From assembly GCA_015654745.1 (NCBI GenBank), contig JAATGH010000204.1:1-13409 (forward strand): DNA of 13,409 nt, written 5' to 3'. Every line of letters starts with the position of its first letter. The stretch's first letter is position 1. This DNA comes from Enterobacterales bacterium (lineage in GTDB: Bacteria; Pseudomonadota; Gammaproteobacteria; Enterobacterales; Enterobacteriaceae). This document shows, piece by piece, positions 1 through 8,017 of the stretch. A program made the position numbers and the translations under genes. Under the pieces are notes generated by a model, which did no database searches, was not told where the DNA came from, and worked only from the letters and a program-made list of their open reading frames with translations.

Positions 1-1237
1 CGGGCAAGCCTTCGATCACGCCGGCCGCCTGGGCGCCGGTGGCGAGTACATCGCGGATTGTCACGTCATGTACCCTAGGGGTGGTCGCCGATATCGGCAG
101 CGGGTCGATTGCCGGCAACGCGCCTTTGACCGAGGACTCGCCATTATAAACATTGCTGATAGTGATGGGGACACGCACATCGCGCATGGTCAGATGATCC
201 GCGGTAATAGCGCCGATATCCGAGCCGCGATCGCGCGCAGACTTTATGCGAATCCCGTTTTCCGTACCCTCGAACTGCAGGTGGCTTAGATGGATATGGC
301 CAATCCCGTGCGCCGTCTCACTGCCGATAGAGACACCATGACCCTGGCGGAAAAACGAGTCCCGCACGACGATATCGGTTGACGCCGCGCCCGGTGCCGT
401 CGGAAGCCCGGATTTGATCGCCACGTTATCATCCCCGGAGGCAACGTCGAGATGGCTCAGCAGGATGTGGGACGAGGAAACGATATCGATACCATCGGTA
501 TTCGGCGAGTCGGGAGGATTACGCAGCGTGGTGCCATCAAGGCGCAGATTTTGGCTATTGCGCAGCACCACCGTCCACATCGGCGAATTTTTCAGGTGTA
601 CCGCGCCGATCAGGCCCCGATCAATATGGCTGAATTCGATTAGCCACGGCCGGGGCATCCCATTAGCCAAAGGAATGCCAGGGAAACGTTGCTTAAAGTA
701 GTCGGGATCGCCGCCGCGGACACGTTGACGAACCTTCATGGCCTCCGGCCAGAATAGCGTGTCGCCACTGCCATCAATGGTACCGAAGCCGGTAATTTGC
801 ACATTTTTGGCATCTGCGGCACGGATAAAGGCCTCCCCCGGCTGAGACGGCGAACCGATGAACGCGGCCTTAAAATCACGACCGGCGGTTCCCGTTTTCG
901 GATGGAGAGCCTTAAGCGTGGCGTCAGCGGTCAAATGCAAATTCACGCCCGATTTCAATTCGAGCGGACCGCTTAGGTACACACCGTTGCCCAGCTTGAC
1001 CATGCCGCCACCGGCGGCGGTCGCCTTATCGATTGCCTGCTGAATGGCTAGCGTATTATCGAAGGCGTTATCCGCCTTTGCGCCGAAAATTTCCGGCAAA
1101 AAGACCTGCTGCGCGTCAACCTTTATACTGGAGGACGTCGCCGCCGAAACCGGGGCCAGGGATGCGGTTGCGCATACCAGGCCCGCCATGAGAGAAATCG
1201 AAAGAGTACGTACCAACGGAATGTGACAAGCTGACAT
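1..1237 (-). CDS. Secreted glycoside hydrolase family 28 polygalacturonase (pectinase). Only the N-terminal ~412 codons are in the window; the C-terminus lies beyond position 1.
   Basis: Manual translation of the minus strand from ATG at 1237..1235 (AAGGA Shine-Dalgarno about 8 nt upstream) gives an uninterrupted frame that runs off the window edge. This explains why no long ORF is listed here in the ORF track. The product has a signal peptide (MSACHIPLVRTLSISLMAGLVCATASLA). It then carries the four canonical GH28 catalytic motifs in order: NTDGIDI, GDDNVAIKSG, QGHGVSIGSE and GIRIKS. Confidence 0.85.
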   Translation of the reverse strand, partial: MSACHIPLVRTLSISLMAGLVCATASLAPVSAATSSSIKVDAQQVFLPEIFGAKADNAFDNTLAIQQAIDKATAAGGGMVKLGNGVYLSGPLELKSGVNLHLTADATLKALHPKTGTAGRDFKAAFIGSPSQPGEAFIRAADAKNVQITGFGTIDGSGDTLFWPEAMKVRQRVRGGDPDYFKQRFPGIPLANGMPRPWLIEFSHIDRGLIGAVHLKNSPMWTVVLRNSQNLRLDGTTLRNPPDSPNTDGIDIVSSSHILLSHLDVASGDDNVAIKSGLPTAPGAASTDIVVRDSFFRQGHGVSIGSETAHGIGHIHLSHLQFEGTENGIRIKSARDRGSDIGAITADHLTMRDVRVPITISNVYNGESSVKGALPAIDPLPISATTPRVHDVTIRDVLATGAQAAGVIEGLP

Positions 1238-1316
1238 CTTACCGATCCTTGTGTTGTTTCTTGGGTGTTTTTTTATCTGGCATGGTCGGGTTGCGCCCAA
1301 ACGCAAGCGGCCCCGG

Positions 1317-2762
1317 TTAATTCAAATCAACATTCTTGCTACCGAAAAACCAGGTGGTGATGAATCCCGCCGTATAGGATACCAATAGCCCGGCAATATA
1401 GACCATCATGCCCGGATAGATGCCCTGCGCGGACGTCATCAGCGGAATAGACACGATGCCGGAGGGACCAAAGACGGTATTAAGACCGACAGGTAATCCC
1501 AGATAAGCGATGGTGCCGAGGAAAAAACCGCCGACCGCCCCTCCGATGCAGGCAGTGACAAAAGGTTTTACCCTAGGTAGGGTCACACCATAAATCAGCG
1601 GCTCACCAATGCCGAGGATGCCCGGGATGATGGCACCCTTGATTTGGGTGCGTAGCATCGAACCGGCTTTTGCCCTGACAAACAACGCCATTGACGCCCC
1701 CACCTGTCCCCCACCGGCCATCGCCAGGATTGGAAACAGCGAATTAAATCCTTGGGCATCCATCAAGGCGAAATAAACCGGGACAAACCCCTGATGAATA
1801 CCAAACATGACCGCTAACAGGAACAAACCCGCCAGCACGGCGCAGCCGAAGGGGTTGCCGTTCAGGTGTAAAAACAGCCATGACATGCCTTTGTATAACG
1901 CCCCACCGGCCGGCATGATAACCACAAACGTCACCGCTCCCATGATTAACAGCGTCACAACCGAGGTCAAAATCATATCCAGGTTATCGGGCATAAACCT
2001 CCGTACCTTTCGCTCCACCCAAGCGCCCAGGATCGTGGCGATAAGTACGCCGATAATGCTGCCTCTGGGATCGATGGGCAGGCCAAAAAAGCTGCTGATG
2101 CCTGAATAGTAACCGACCTTGGCGTCCGGCACGTAGCCCAGCACAAACAGCGACGCAATGATGGCGCCATTCACCCCCGTGCCGCCAAACGCCTTTTGCG
2201 CATTATGGCCGATAAGAATACTCAAAAAAGCAAACAGGCCTTTACTGAATACTTTCATGTAGCCGATGATGCCGATCGTCCAGGCATTGGGCGACGCGAC
2301 GCCGATGACCAGGCTTTGTTCAAGCAGCGTGGCAATCCCCAGCAGCAAACCGGCGGCGATAAAACCGGGGATCAGCGGGGTAAAGATGGTGGCAAACTTG
2401 GTGAAAAAATTTTGCAGCGCGCTGGTTTGTCGCGATCTGAGCTGCTTTTTATTCTGTGCCGCAATGGCATCGAGATCCCCGGGGGCATCGGCGACGTCCG
2501 CCTCAGCGCGGCCCAATAGGGTATTCATCATATCCGCCGCGGTTTGTGCCTTACCGGGACCCAGGACGATCTGCACCTGCCGATCGCCGTTGATAACGCC
2601 CATCACGCCGGCGATGTTTTTCAGCGCCGTCTGGTCGACTCGCGCTTGATCGTTAAGCGTGAGCCGCAAGCGCGTCATGCAGTTGCCGCACAGAATAATA
2701 TTGTTGCGGCCCCCAACATGCTCGGCGATGTGTTTGATCGTTGCCTCAGTAATTTTAGCCAT
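1317..2762 (-). CDS. murP: PTS glucose-superfamily EIIBC permease, N-acetylmuramic acid-specific (MurP-like), 481 aa.
   Basis: The N-terminal EIIB domain has the phospho-cysteine motif [11 protein letters not shown] polytopic EIIC domain follows ([36 protein letters not shown]). The B-then-C order and the roughly 475-aa length fit MurP, as does the near-identical EIIB motif and the AAQNK(K/R)QL...QTS...[24 protein letters not shown] stretch that I recall from E. coli MurP. Recognition is from memory. TreB, ScrA and AscF have the same architecture but a different EIIB motif (H-C-x-TRLR). Confidence 0.6.
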   Translation of the reverse strand: MAKITEATIKHIAEHVGGRNNIILCGNCMTRLRLTLNDQARVDQTALKNIAGVMGVINGDRQVQIVLGPGKAQTAADMMNTLLGRAEADVADAPGDLDAIAAQNKKQLRSRQTSALQNFFTKFATIFTPLIPGFIAAGLLLGIATLLEQSLVIGVASPNAWTIGIIGYMKVFSKGLFAFLSILIGHNAQKAFGGTGVNGAIIASLFVLGYVPDAKVGYYSGISSFFGLPIDPRGSIIGVLIATILGAWVERKVRRFMPDNLDMILTSVVTLLIMGAVTFVVIMPAGGALYKGMSWLFLHLNGNPFGCAVLAGLFLLAVMFGIHQGFVPVYFALMDAQGFNSLFPILAMAGGGQVGASMALFVRAKAGSMLRTQIKGAIIPGILGIGEPLIYGVTLPRVKPFVTACIGGAVGGFFLGTIAYLGLPVGLNTVFGPSGIVSIPLMTSAQGIYPGMMVYIAGLLVSYTAGFITTWFFGSKNVDLN

Positions 2763-2848
2763 CGGATAGACGCCCTGTTCGGTTCGTGGTGAGACTGCCC
2801 GGATAAGAGGAGCTCGGCGGATGCCGAAAACCCATGCCCTATCCTAGA

Positions 2849-3658
2849 CTATATTGCCCGGAGCACCACGATCCCCGGCGTCTTCTTGATATAGGCCAGA
2901 AAGGGCGAGTCCACGACTTTCCGATGCGCCGCGCGGGACGATGCGTTGCGTAATACCGGTCCCCGGTCGGTCATGATAAAAATACCGGTATGGGTCACAT
3001 CCATTCCAGCCATCGGGGTATAGATACCGATAAAGTCGCCGCTTCTTAGCCGACCGACGACGGCACTGTTGACCGCCTTGGCCGGTATGTAGGTGATGGC
3101 TCGCGTCTCGACGCCCAACGAGGGAAATACCCTGCCGCCGTCGGCGGTTTGATTGAGCGCCTTAACGATGGTGACGGCGCTGGGGCTGATGGCGCGGGTG
3201 ATATCCGTGGCGTTTAGGGGTGGCAAAGATGACCAGTCGGTAAAAAATTGCTTGCGGTGAGCGTAGCTGACGTCGCCATCGATATACCGGGTCTGCTTGA
3301 GCCGATCGTTAAATTGGTCGGCGTTGGCGGATTTACTCAGCGCATCGACATAGTCGAGATAGGTGAAACAATCGACCCCGCGAAAATCGATGACCAACCG
3401 TTCGGCTACGCGGTCCGATCCCACCAGCCGGTTCGCGACGTAGGGAGTTCCTAAAAAGTCGGCGGAAATGGTCGTGATGCGCTCGCCCAGGCTGTTCTCC
3501 CGCCCGTTGACGCGAAGGTCCGCCACGATCGCGTCGATTTTGGTGAGGGTGTAGCTATCGATATCCGCCGGTTGCGCGCCGGCCTGCGCCATGGGTTGGT
3601 GGCTGGCGGCGCATCCCAGAAGTGAAACCGCCAGCAATGCTGGCATATATTTTCGCAT
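2849..3658 (-). CDS. DUF1460-family lipoprotein with an NlpC/P60-like papain fold. Putative peptidoglycan (MurNAc-L-Ala) amidase or peptidase, about 269 aa.
   Basis: The start was moved from the ORF-track ATG at 3685 to the ATG at 3658. The 3658 start is preceded by GGGAGGAGG 4 nt upstream, and the protein then begins MRKYMPALLAVSLLGCAAS, a lipoprotein signal with lipobox LLGC. Candidate Cys/His catalytic pair lies in GVDCFTYLDY and DVTHTGIFI. The family assignment is from memory of the Pfam DUF1460 / AmiA-like family, not from a search. Confidence 0.5.
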   Translation of the reverse strand: MRKYMPALLAVSLLGCAASHQPMAQAGAQPADIDSYTLTKIDAIVADLRVNGRENSLGERITTISADFLGTPYVANRLVGSDRVAERLVIDFRGVDCFTYLDYVDALSKSANADQFNDRLKQTRYIDGDVSYAHRKQFFTDWSSLPPLNATDITRAISPSAVTIVKALNQTADGGRVFPSLGVETRAITYIPAKAVNSAVVGRLRSGDFIGIYTPMAGMDVTHTGIFIMTDRGPVLRNASSRAAHRKVVDSPFLAYIKKTPGIVVLRAI

Positions 3659-3750
3659 GTCCTCCTCCCTAGAGGGCGTTGGCATGGCGGCCGTTAACCG
3701 TCACCGTGACAAAACCGCGCTATGTTACCGCGCCGGGCCGTTGCCGGAAA

Positions 3751-5715
3751 TCATTTTCGCAGCGGGATATCCGGCGGTTCCTGAGCCCCCAAGGGCTCGT
3801 CAAAGCGCAGCAGTCGCCCCGCATTGCCCAATACCAGAAGGGTGCTGAGATTATGCAGTACCGCCGCGATCATCGCCCCGCCGGCGCCAAGTAGACCAAA
3901 CGCCGCCGCGGCGACGATCAGCAGCGTCCACCCCAAACCGATCAATACATTGACCTGTAGCGTATGCCGGCACCGGCGGCTAAGTCGTACACAGGTACCG
4001 AGACGGCGCAAATCGTCGCCGATCAGCACCACGTCCGCCGACGCCAGAGCGATATCGGCGCCGCCCATGGCCACACCCACAACGCCCGCTTTCAACGCCA
4101 GGGAGTCGTTGATACCGTCGCCAACCACCATCGGCCGGAAACCTTGGCGAATTTCCGCGCCAACGCAGCGTAATTTATCCTCAGGCAACGCCTGGGCAAT
4201 CACCTGGTCAATCCCCACATCGGCCGCAATACGGCTGGCGACCCGCAGTCGATCGCCGGTCAGCAACAGTTGCCGCCGGAGACCCAGTTGGCGTAGTTCG
4301 GCCAGCGCCCGCGCCGCCTCGGGGCGCACCGTATCCGCCAGCAGCAGCCAGGCGCAAAATCGTCCGTTAAGCGCCAGACCGACAATGGGTCCGTCATGAT
4401 CGGGGATCGCGGCGGTACTCATGCCCCGCTGTTCAAACAGTTCGGCCCGGCCTAGCACGACCTCGCCCAGCCCGCTGTCGGCGACGACTCCGAGCCCCTG
4501 CAGTTCAATGATATTCTCCAGCGCGGGATAGTCATGTCGAGGCACCAACGCGGCGAGCGCGCGACTGATAGGGTGGTTACTGGTCGCGCCCAGACCGGCG
4601 GCCACGCGCTGGAGCTGGTCCAGGTCTGTGCCCGGCTGTGGGCGGATCGCGTGCAGGCGCAGCGCGCCATGGGTCAGCGTGCCGGTTTTATCGATCACCA
4701 GAGAGGTGAGATCCGCCAGTTCTTCGAGAAAGGCCGCGCTGCGGATCAATATCCCGTGCCGGGCGGCAACCGCCAGCCCGGCGATGGCCGTGGCCGGCGC
4801 CGACAAGACCAGGGCGCAGGGGCAGGCGGCGACCAGAACCGCCAGCATGGCCTGGGCATTGTTGGTAATAAACCAGGTCGTCGCGGCAATCATCAGCACC
4901 AGTATCAGATACCGTCCGGCATATCGCTCCAATAGCCGGACAATGGGCGGCTTGGCATGTTCGGCTTGCTGCATCAGGGCAATCACCTTGCCCAGCGTCG
5001 ACCCTTCGCCGATGCGGGTTACTTCAATACGCAGCAGCCCGTCGAGATTGATTGACCCGCCATAAACCTCCTGACCTGCGCATACATCCAGAGGCAACGA
5101 TTCGCCGGTGATCGGCGCAGTATCCAGACTACCCTGCCCCTCCAGCACCCGACCGTCGGCCGGCACCCGATCGCCGGCGCGCACTTCCACCCAATCACCG
5201 GCAACCAGTAAGGCATTATCGATTTCGCAAATATGGCCCTCGGCGTCAATGCGTCTGGCCTGGCTGCGGGTCAGTTGGCCCAGTGCCTCGATGGCCTCTT
5301 GCGAACCGATAACGCTACGCTCCTCCAGCACATGGCCGAAGATCATAATAATGGGCAGCAGCGCGGTGGTTAGCAGATCACCGCTGGCCCAGGCACAGAG
5401 CATGGCCAAGGCAATCAGCTGATCGGTAATACCGTGCAGGCTGGGATGTCGCAGGCTATGCCAGGCGGAGCGGAACACCGGCAGCGCCACCAGCAGCGCG
5501 GCGCTGCCCAGCAGTAATTGGCCTACGCCCTGCTGCTCGGGAGCGTACCCGCGCCACAGCAACCCGAGGATCAGCAGCCCCGAGGCAATCATGGCCAGGC
5601 TAAGCTGGCGTGCCACGCTGAGCCGTTCCGCCCGGGTCAGCATCGTCGCGGTGAGATGGGTATGATGATGCCCATGGCCGTCGCGGGAGGAAGAAGACGT
5701 AGCTGACCTGCTCAT
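3751..5715 (-). CDS. P1B-type heavy-metal translocating P-type ATPase, 654 aa. It has a His-rich N-terminal tail and no HMA (CxxC) domain.
   Basis: Phosphorylation motif DKTGTLT. Hinge motif GDGINDSLALKAG. Actuator-domain TGES. Transmembrane CPC motif in the context ACPCALVLSAP. HP dipeptide (SNHPIS). Eight predicted TM helices. N-terminus MSRSATSSSSRDGHGHHHTH. The start ATG at 5715..5713 overlaps the upstream gene's TGA (ATGA overlap). Confidence 0.9.
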   Translation of the reverse strand: MSRSATSSSSRDGHGHHHTHLTATMLTRAERLSVARQLSLAMIASGLLILGLLWRGYAPEQQGVGQLLLGSAALLVALPVFRSAWHSLRHPSLHGITDQLIALAMLCAWASGDLLTTALLPIIMIFGHVLEERSVIGSQEAIEALGQLTRSQARRIDAEGHICEIDNALLVAGDWVEVRAGDRVPADGRVLEGQGSLDTAPITGESLPLDVCAGQEVYGGSINLDGLLRIEVTRIGEGSTLGKVIALMQQAEHAKPPIVRLLERYAGRYLILVLMIAATTWFITNNAQAMLAVLVAACPCALVLSAPATAIAGLAVAARHGILIRSAAFLEELADLTSLVIDKTGTLTHGALRLHAIRPQPGTDLDQLQRVAAGLGATSNHPISRALAALVPRHDYPALENIIELQGLGVVADSGLGEVVLGRAELFEQRGMSTAAIPDHDGPIVGLALNGRFCAWLLLADTVRPEAARALAELRQLGLRRQLLLTGDRLRVASRIAADVGIDQVIAQALPEDKLRCVGAEIRQGFRPMVVGDGINDSLALKAGVVGVAMGGADIALASADVVLIGDDLRRLGTCVRLSRRCRHTLQVNVLIGLGWTLLIVAAAAFGLLGAGGAMIAAVLHNLSTLLVLGNAGRLLRFDEPLGAQEPPDIPLRK

Positions 5716-6776
5716 TTTTTGGTAGGCTCCCGAGGCTCAGCGCCCTGCAAAATCAGTTGGGCATCGTCGCCCGGATTGATAACGGTGACCGAACCGGCCT
5801 TGGCGAAAAGAGTCGCCACCCTGGCGCGATAAAGACGCCAAAGCATTCCCGGGTCGTTTCCACTTCGCTGCGTCTGCGCCAAGTTACTGATATCCGCAGT
5901 CTGCGCTTGAGCACGGGCCATACGTTCACTGGCGCCGGCGTAGGCAACCTGCAGCGTGCGATCGGCGTTTTGGGCCGCGGCCTGGGTCTGCCGCGCCGCA
6001 TCGTTTTGCGCCATGGCGATAGCCTGTTCAGCCCGTTGGCTGGCGGTCAGCACGGCGTTAAAGGCATCCACCGCTTCATTTGGCAACGATGACTGTACGT
6101 CTACCCGTTCTATTTCAATGCCCAGCCCGCCGCCGGCGGTGGCCAACGCATCAAGGCTGCGGTTTATCGCCTGTTGCAAATCGCCGCGCAGCCGCTCACG
6201 GCGCTGGGCCGCGCCGCTGTCACCGCTTACCAGTTCCGGCCGGGCAACCAGGATCGTGTCAAGATCGCGCGAGGCGCAGACCATTACCGCCGCGCGTTCC
6301 ACCAACCGGTTTAGCGCGGGTTCAACATGACTGTCCTCCAGCACCCAGGCATAGGGGTCGGTGATGCGGTAAAAGACGCGGACATCCAGCTGCGCCACGC
6401 CCGCGTCGCCGGTGAGCAAATAACCGGATCCGGCGAGTGCGTCGCCGCTCATGCTGATGTCATAGCGGATCTCGCGCGCTTGGTCCGACCGTAGCAGCGC
6501 TTCCACCCGATGTTCGATAACCCTTCCCGGCGAAGGAAGTATCACTACCTGTTCAAACGGCCGTGGCCACGCCCAAAGCAACCCGGCATGTTCAATACGT
6601 TGCATTGCCCCGAAACGCAGAACCACCGCCTGACTGTCGGGATTGATTTGGCGCACATTGGATATCAGCCAGCCGCACGCGGCCAGCAGCGTCAGCGCGT
6701 ACAGCGCCAGAAACACCAGCCGGCCCGTCTGGATCCAGGGTCCCTGTGGATTCGGCCCTCTCTCCGGCCGGTTCAC
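5712..6776 (-). CDS. SPFH/Band-7 (HflK/HflC-like) membrane protein, 354 aa, with a GTG start.
   Basis: N-terminal TM anchor (LVFLALYALTLLAACGWLI), then an SPFH core (AVVLRFGAMQRIEHAGLLWAWPRPFEQV ... DVRVFYRITDPYAWV) and an Ala/Gln-rich coiled C-terminus. The GTG start at 6776..6774 overlaps the upstream stop (GTGA). A GAGGGA Shine-Dalgarno sits 8 nt upstream. Confidence 0.75.
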   Translation of the reverse strand: MNRPERGPNPQGPWIQTGRLVFLALYALTLLAACGWLISNVRQINPDSQAVVLRFGAMQRIEHAGLLWAWPRPFEQVVILPSPGRVIEHRVEALLRSDQAREIRYDISMSGDALAGSGYLLTGDAGVAQLDVRVFYRITDPYAWVLEDSHVEPALNRLVERAAVMVCASRDLDTILVARPELVSGDSGAAQRRERLRGDLQQAINRSLDALATAGGGLGIEIERVDVQSSLPNEAVDAFNAVLTASQRAEQAIAMAQNDAARQTQAAAQNADRTLQVAYAGASERMARAQAQTADISNLAQTQRSGNDPGMLWRLYRARVATLFAKAGSVTVINPGDDAQLILQGAEPREPTKK

Positions 6777-8017
6777 GGATGCGATCCCTCGGCGGGGGCA
6801 TCGGATGCGGCCCCCGCTGCGGCGGCCGGCGGCCGGTGTCCTGTGGGTGGCGCCGGCTGCGGCGCGGAGGGGGCTATCGGTTGCACTGCGCCACTGGTGA
6901 TGGGTAAGCGCGGCGGGCCGTCAACCAGCACGCGAAACGGCGCGGCGTCGGTACGCAAAACCAGACGGGTAGCGGGAGTAATCAAGGTGCCCAGGGTATC
7001 CAGAGAGCGCAGCAGGTTATATAACTCTGGCGAGCTGGCGTAGGCTTTGCCATAGATATCCGCTGACTCGACCTGCGATCGTGCTTCGATGGCGGCGGCC
7101 TTTACCGTAGCATCGGCTTGTATGATGCGGGCGTCTCGTTCCGCGCCCGAGCGGATTTCCGCCGCCTTGCGCTTCCCTTCCGCCGTGCGTTCGGTGGCGA
7201 TGGTCTCGCGTTCGGCGCGCATGCGATCGACCGTGGCGCCCAGGGTCACCGCCGGCAACGTCAGGCGTTCGATGCCCACGCTGATTAACCGTATTCCGTA
7301 ACTGTCTCGTAGGGGCTGCTCAATCTGCGCGCGTAGGCGTTGTTAAACCTGCGCAAGCTGTACCCGGGCGGGATCGGTGTTCACCAGTCGGTCCAACGCA
7401 AAACCGCTGGTCGTGGTTTCCAGCGCCGATCCGACAAAAGTGCGGATTTGCCGGGCCGCTTCATCCGGCTGATTTTGTACCGCGCGCATAAATCGTTCCA
7501 CATGCCCCGGATCGGCCTGTACCTGCCAAACCGCGTAAGCCTGGATGATAATGCGCAGACCATCGCGGGTGCCAACGTCCTGCAGGCCGCTGGACGTCGT
7601 GCGTAGTCGCAAATCAACCGGGATGGCGGTCTCGAAGGGCATCGGCCAGCGCCAGGCGATGCCCGGCTTAAGCAGCACCCGCACGGGATTACCAAAGCGG
7701 GTGATAACCGTGGCCTCCCCCGAACGAACCTGCACCAGACTGGCGGCGGCGGCAATCACCATGACCAGCGCGACGGCCAGTCCCACGCGCCGCCGCCGCG
7801 ATGCGGGAGTGAGCATTGCGTCATGGTCATGGTCATGGTCATGGTCATGGTCATGGTCATGGTCATGGTCATGGTCATGGTCATGGTCATGGAAGGAATG
7901 GTGCCCTCCATGATCTCCGTGTTCACCATCGTGTTCCGGTGGCTGACCGGAACGGGAGGATATCTGACTCAAAGAAGGTCTCCGGCATCGATTACTGGTT
8001 ATCAATAGACTGGCCAT
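6773..8017 (-). pseudogene. HflK/HflC-like SPFH gene encoding an N-terminal His/Asp-rich tail that includes (HD)12. It is interrupted by a single in-frame TAA at 7345..7343. The ORF track splits it into a 224-aa and a 168-aa ORF.
   Basis: The two track ORFs (7343..8017 and 6773..7279) are in the same frame, separated by exactly 21 sense codons after the TAA. My translation reads ...ARVQLAQV*QRLRAQIEQPLRDSYGIRLISVGIERLTLPAV.... The upstream part has a TM segment plus the SPFH N-terminus (ATVITRFGNPVRVLLKPGIAWRWPMPFE). The downstream part is a typical HflC C-terminal half (VDRMRAERE...AIEARSQVESADIYGKAYASSPELYNLLRSLDTLGTLI). A read-through product would be about 414 aa. This could be a nonsense mutation, a sequencing error or read-through, and I cannot distinguish these from sequence alone. 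Confidence 0.6.
7821..7892. repeat. Perfect hexanucleotide tandem repeat (TCATGG)x12. On the minus strand it reads CATGAC, encoding (His-Asp)12.
   Basis: Seen directly: 72 bp of uninterrupted TCATGG. The flanking minus-strand codons are degenerate copies (gaa cac gat ggt gaa cac gga gat cat gga ggg cac cat = EHDGEHGDHGGHH). It lies inside the 5' part of the interrupted SPFH gene. The plus-strand ORFs reading SWSW..., HGHG... and VMVM... are frame shadows of this tract. Confidence 0.95.

Noticed and set aside
414-1226. Short plus-strand ORFs (95, 63, 61 and 60 aa) as possible small genes.
   Set aside because: They lie inside the minus-strand GH28 polygalacturonase frame, which is uninterrupted and carries all catalytic motifs.
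1238-1316. Terminator or promoter between murP and the polygalacturonase gene (T7 run at 1270-1277).
   Set aside because: The T-run is on the wrong strand relative to the minus-strand transcript, and no convincing hairpin precedes it. The region probably just holds the pectinase promoter/RBS.
3659-3750. Intrinsic terminator between the ATPase and lipoprotein genes. GC-rich segments CCGCGC...CCGCGC and the palindrome GTCACcGTGAC (3700..3710) next to GTTAAC.
   Set aside because: The CCGCGC copies are direct repeats, not inverted. The GTCAC/GTGAC palindrome leaves only a 1-nt loop. No stable stem followed by a U-run on the minus-strand transcript.
7821-7892. Possible CRISPR array because of regular repeats.
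   Set aside because: The unit is 6 bp with no spacers and lies inside a coding frame. It is a microsatellite, not a CRISPR array.
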